This document shows, in pieces, positions 19,833 to 20,000 of a DNA stretch of 20,000 nt. How positions within the stretch are numbered: the stretch's first letter is position 1; each line of letters starts with the position of its first letter. A program made the position numbers and the translations under genes. The notes under the pieces were generated by a model. That model had not been told where the DNA came from, ran no database searches, and worked only from the letters and a program-made list of their open reading frames with translations. The stretch is from contig NC_057718.1 in assembly GCF_004010195.1 (NCBI RefSeq), positions 21,623,499 to 21,643,498 of the forward strand, given 5' to 3'. The DNA comes from Chiloscyllium plagiosum (Eukaryota).

Positions 19833-20000
19833 TCTGGATTAGTGGTGCTGGAAGAGCACAGCAATTCAGGCAGCATCCGAGGACAGGCAAAATCGACGTT
19901 TCGGGCAAAAGCCCTTCATCAGGAATAAAGGCAGAGAGCCTGAAGCATGGAGAGATAAGCTAGAGGAGGGTAGGGGTGGGGAGAGAGTGGCATAGAGTAC
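19833..20000 (-). mobile_element. Penelope-like element terminal repeat, running off the window
   Basis: GTGCTGGAAGAGCACAGCAATTCAGGCAGCATCCGAGG..ATCGACGTTTCGGGCAAAAGCCCTTCATCAGGAAT is homologous to 9160-9243. Confidence 0.9.
19890..19926 (-). ncRNA. Minimal hammerhead ribozyme motif (Penelope-associated)
   Basis: The minus strand reads AUUC CUGAUGA A GGGC UUUU GCCC GAAA CGUC GAUUU. The core boxes are intact. Confidence 0.72.

Overview
Vertebrate genomic DNA from a cartilaginous fish. The HE1/V-SINE, CR1 and Penelope families point to a shark; the exact species cannot be determined from this sequence. About three quarters of the window is decayed retroelements: several CR1 LINE families, one RTE LINE, an older CR1/L2-group LINE, Penelope-like elements and their terminal repeats, two tRNA-derived V-SINEs, and one pogo/Tigger-like MITE. 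There are two N gaps. The only host coding sequence I can support is the last coding exon of glutaminyl-peptide cyclotransferase (QPCT) at 3421-3566 (+), which the ORF track shows in the wrong frame. Three observations stand out. (1) A palindromic Penelope-derived insert lies right behind the QPCT stop codon. Its 13-bp target duplication copies the stop codon, and it carries a ~70-bp hairpin, an AATAAA and two hammerhead motifs, of which the mRNA-sense one has a broken core. (2) Several Penelope-borne minimal hammerhead motifs show stem covariation. (3) An old ~1.25-kb CR1 has been inflated to ~7.9 kb by at least seven nested insertions. I found no new multi-gene system; nearly all tracked ORFs are transposon debris. 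Element boundaries were read by eye and are approximate unless a duplication is given.
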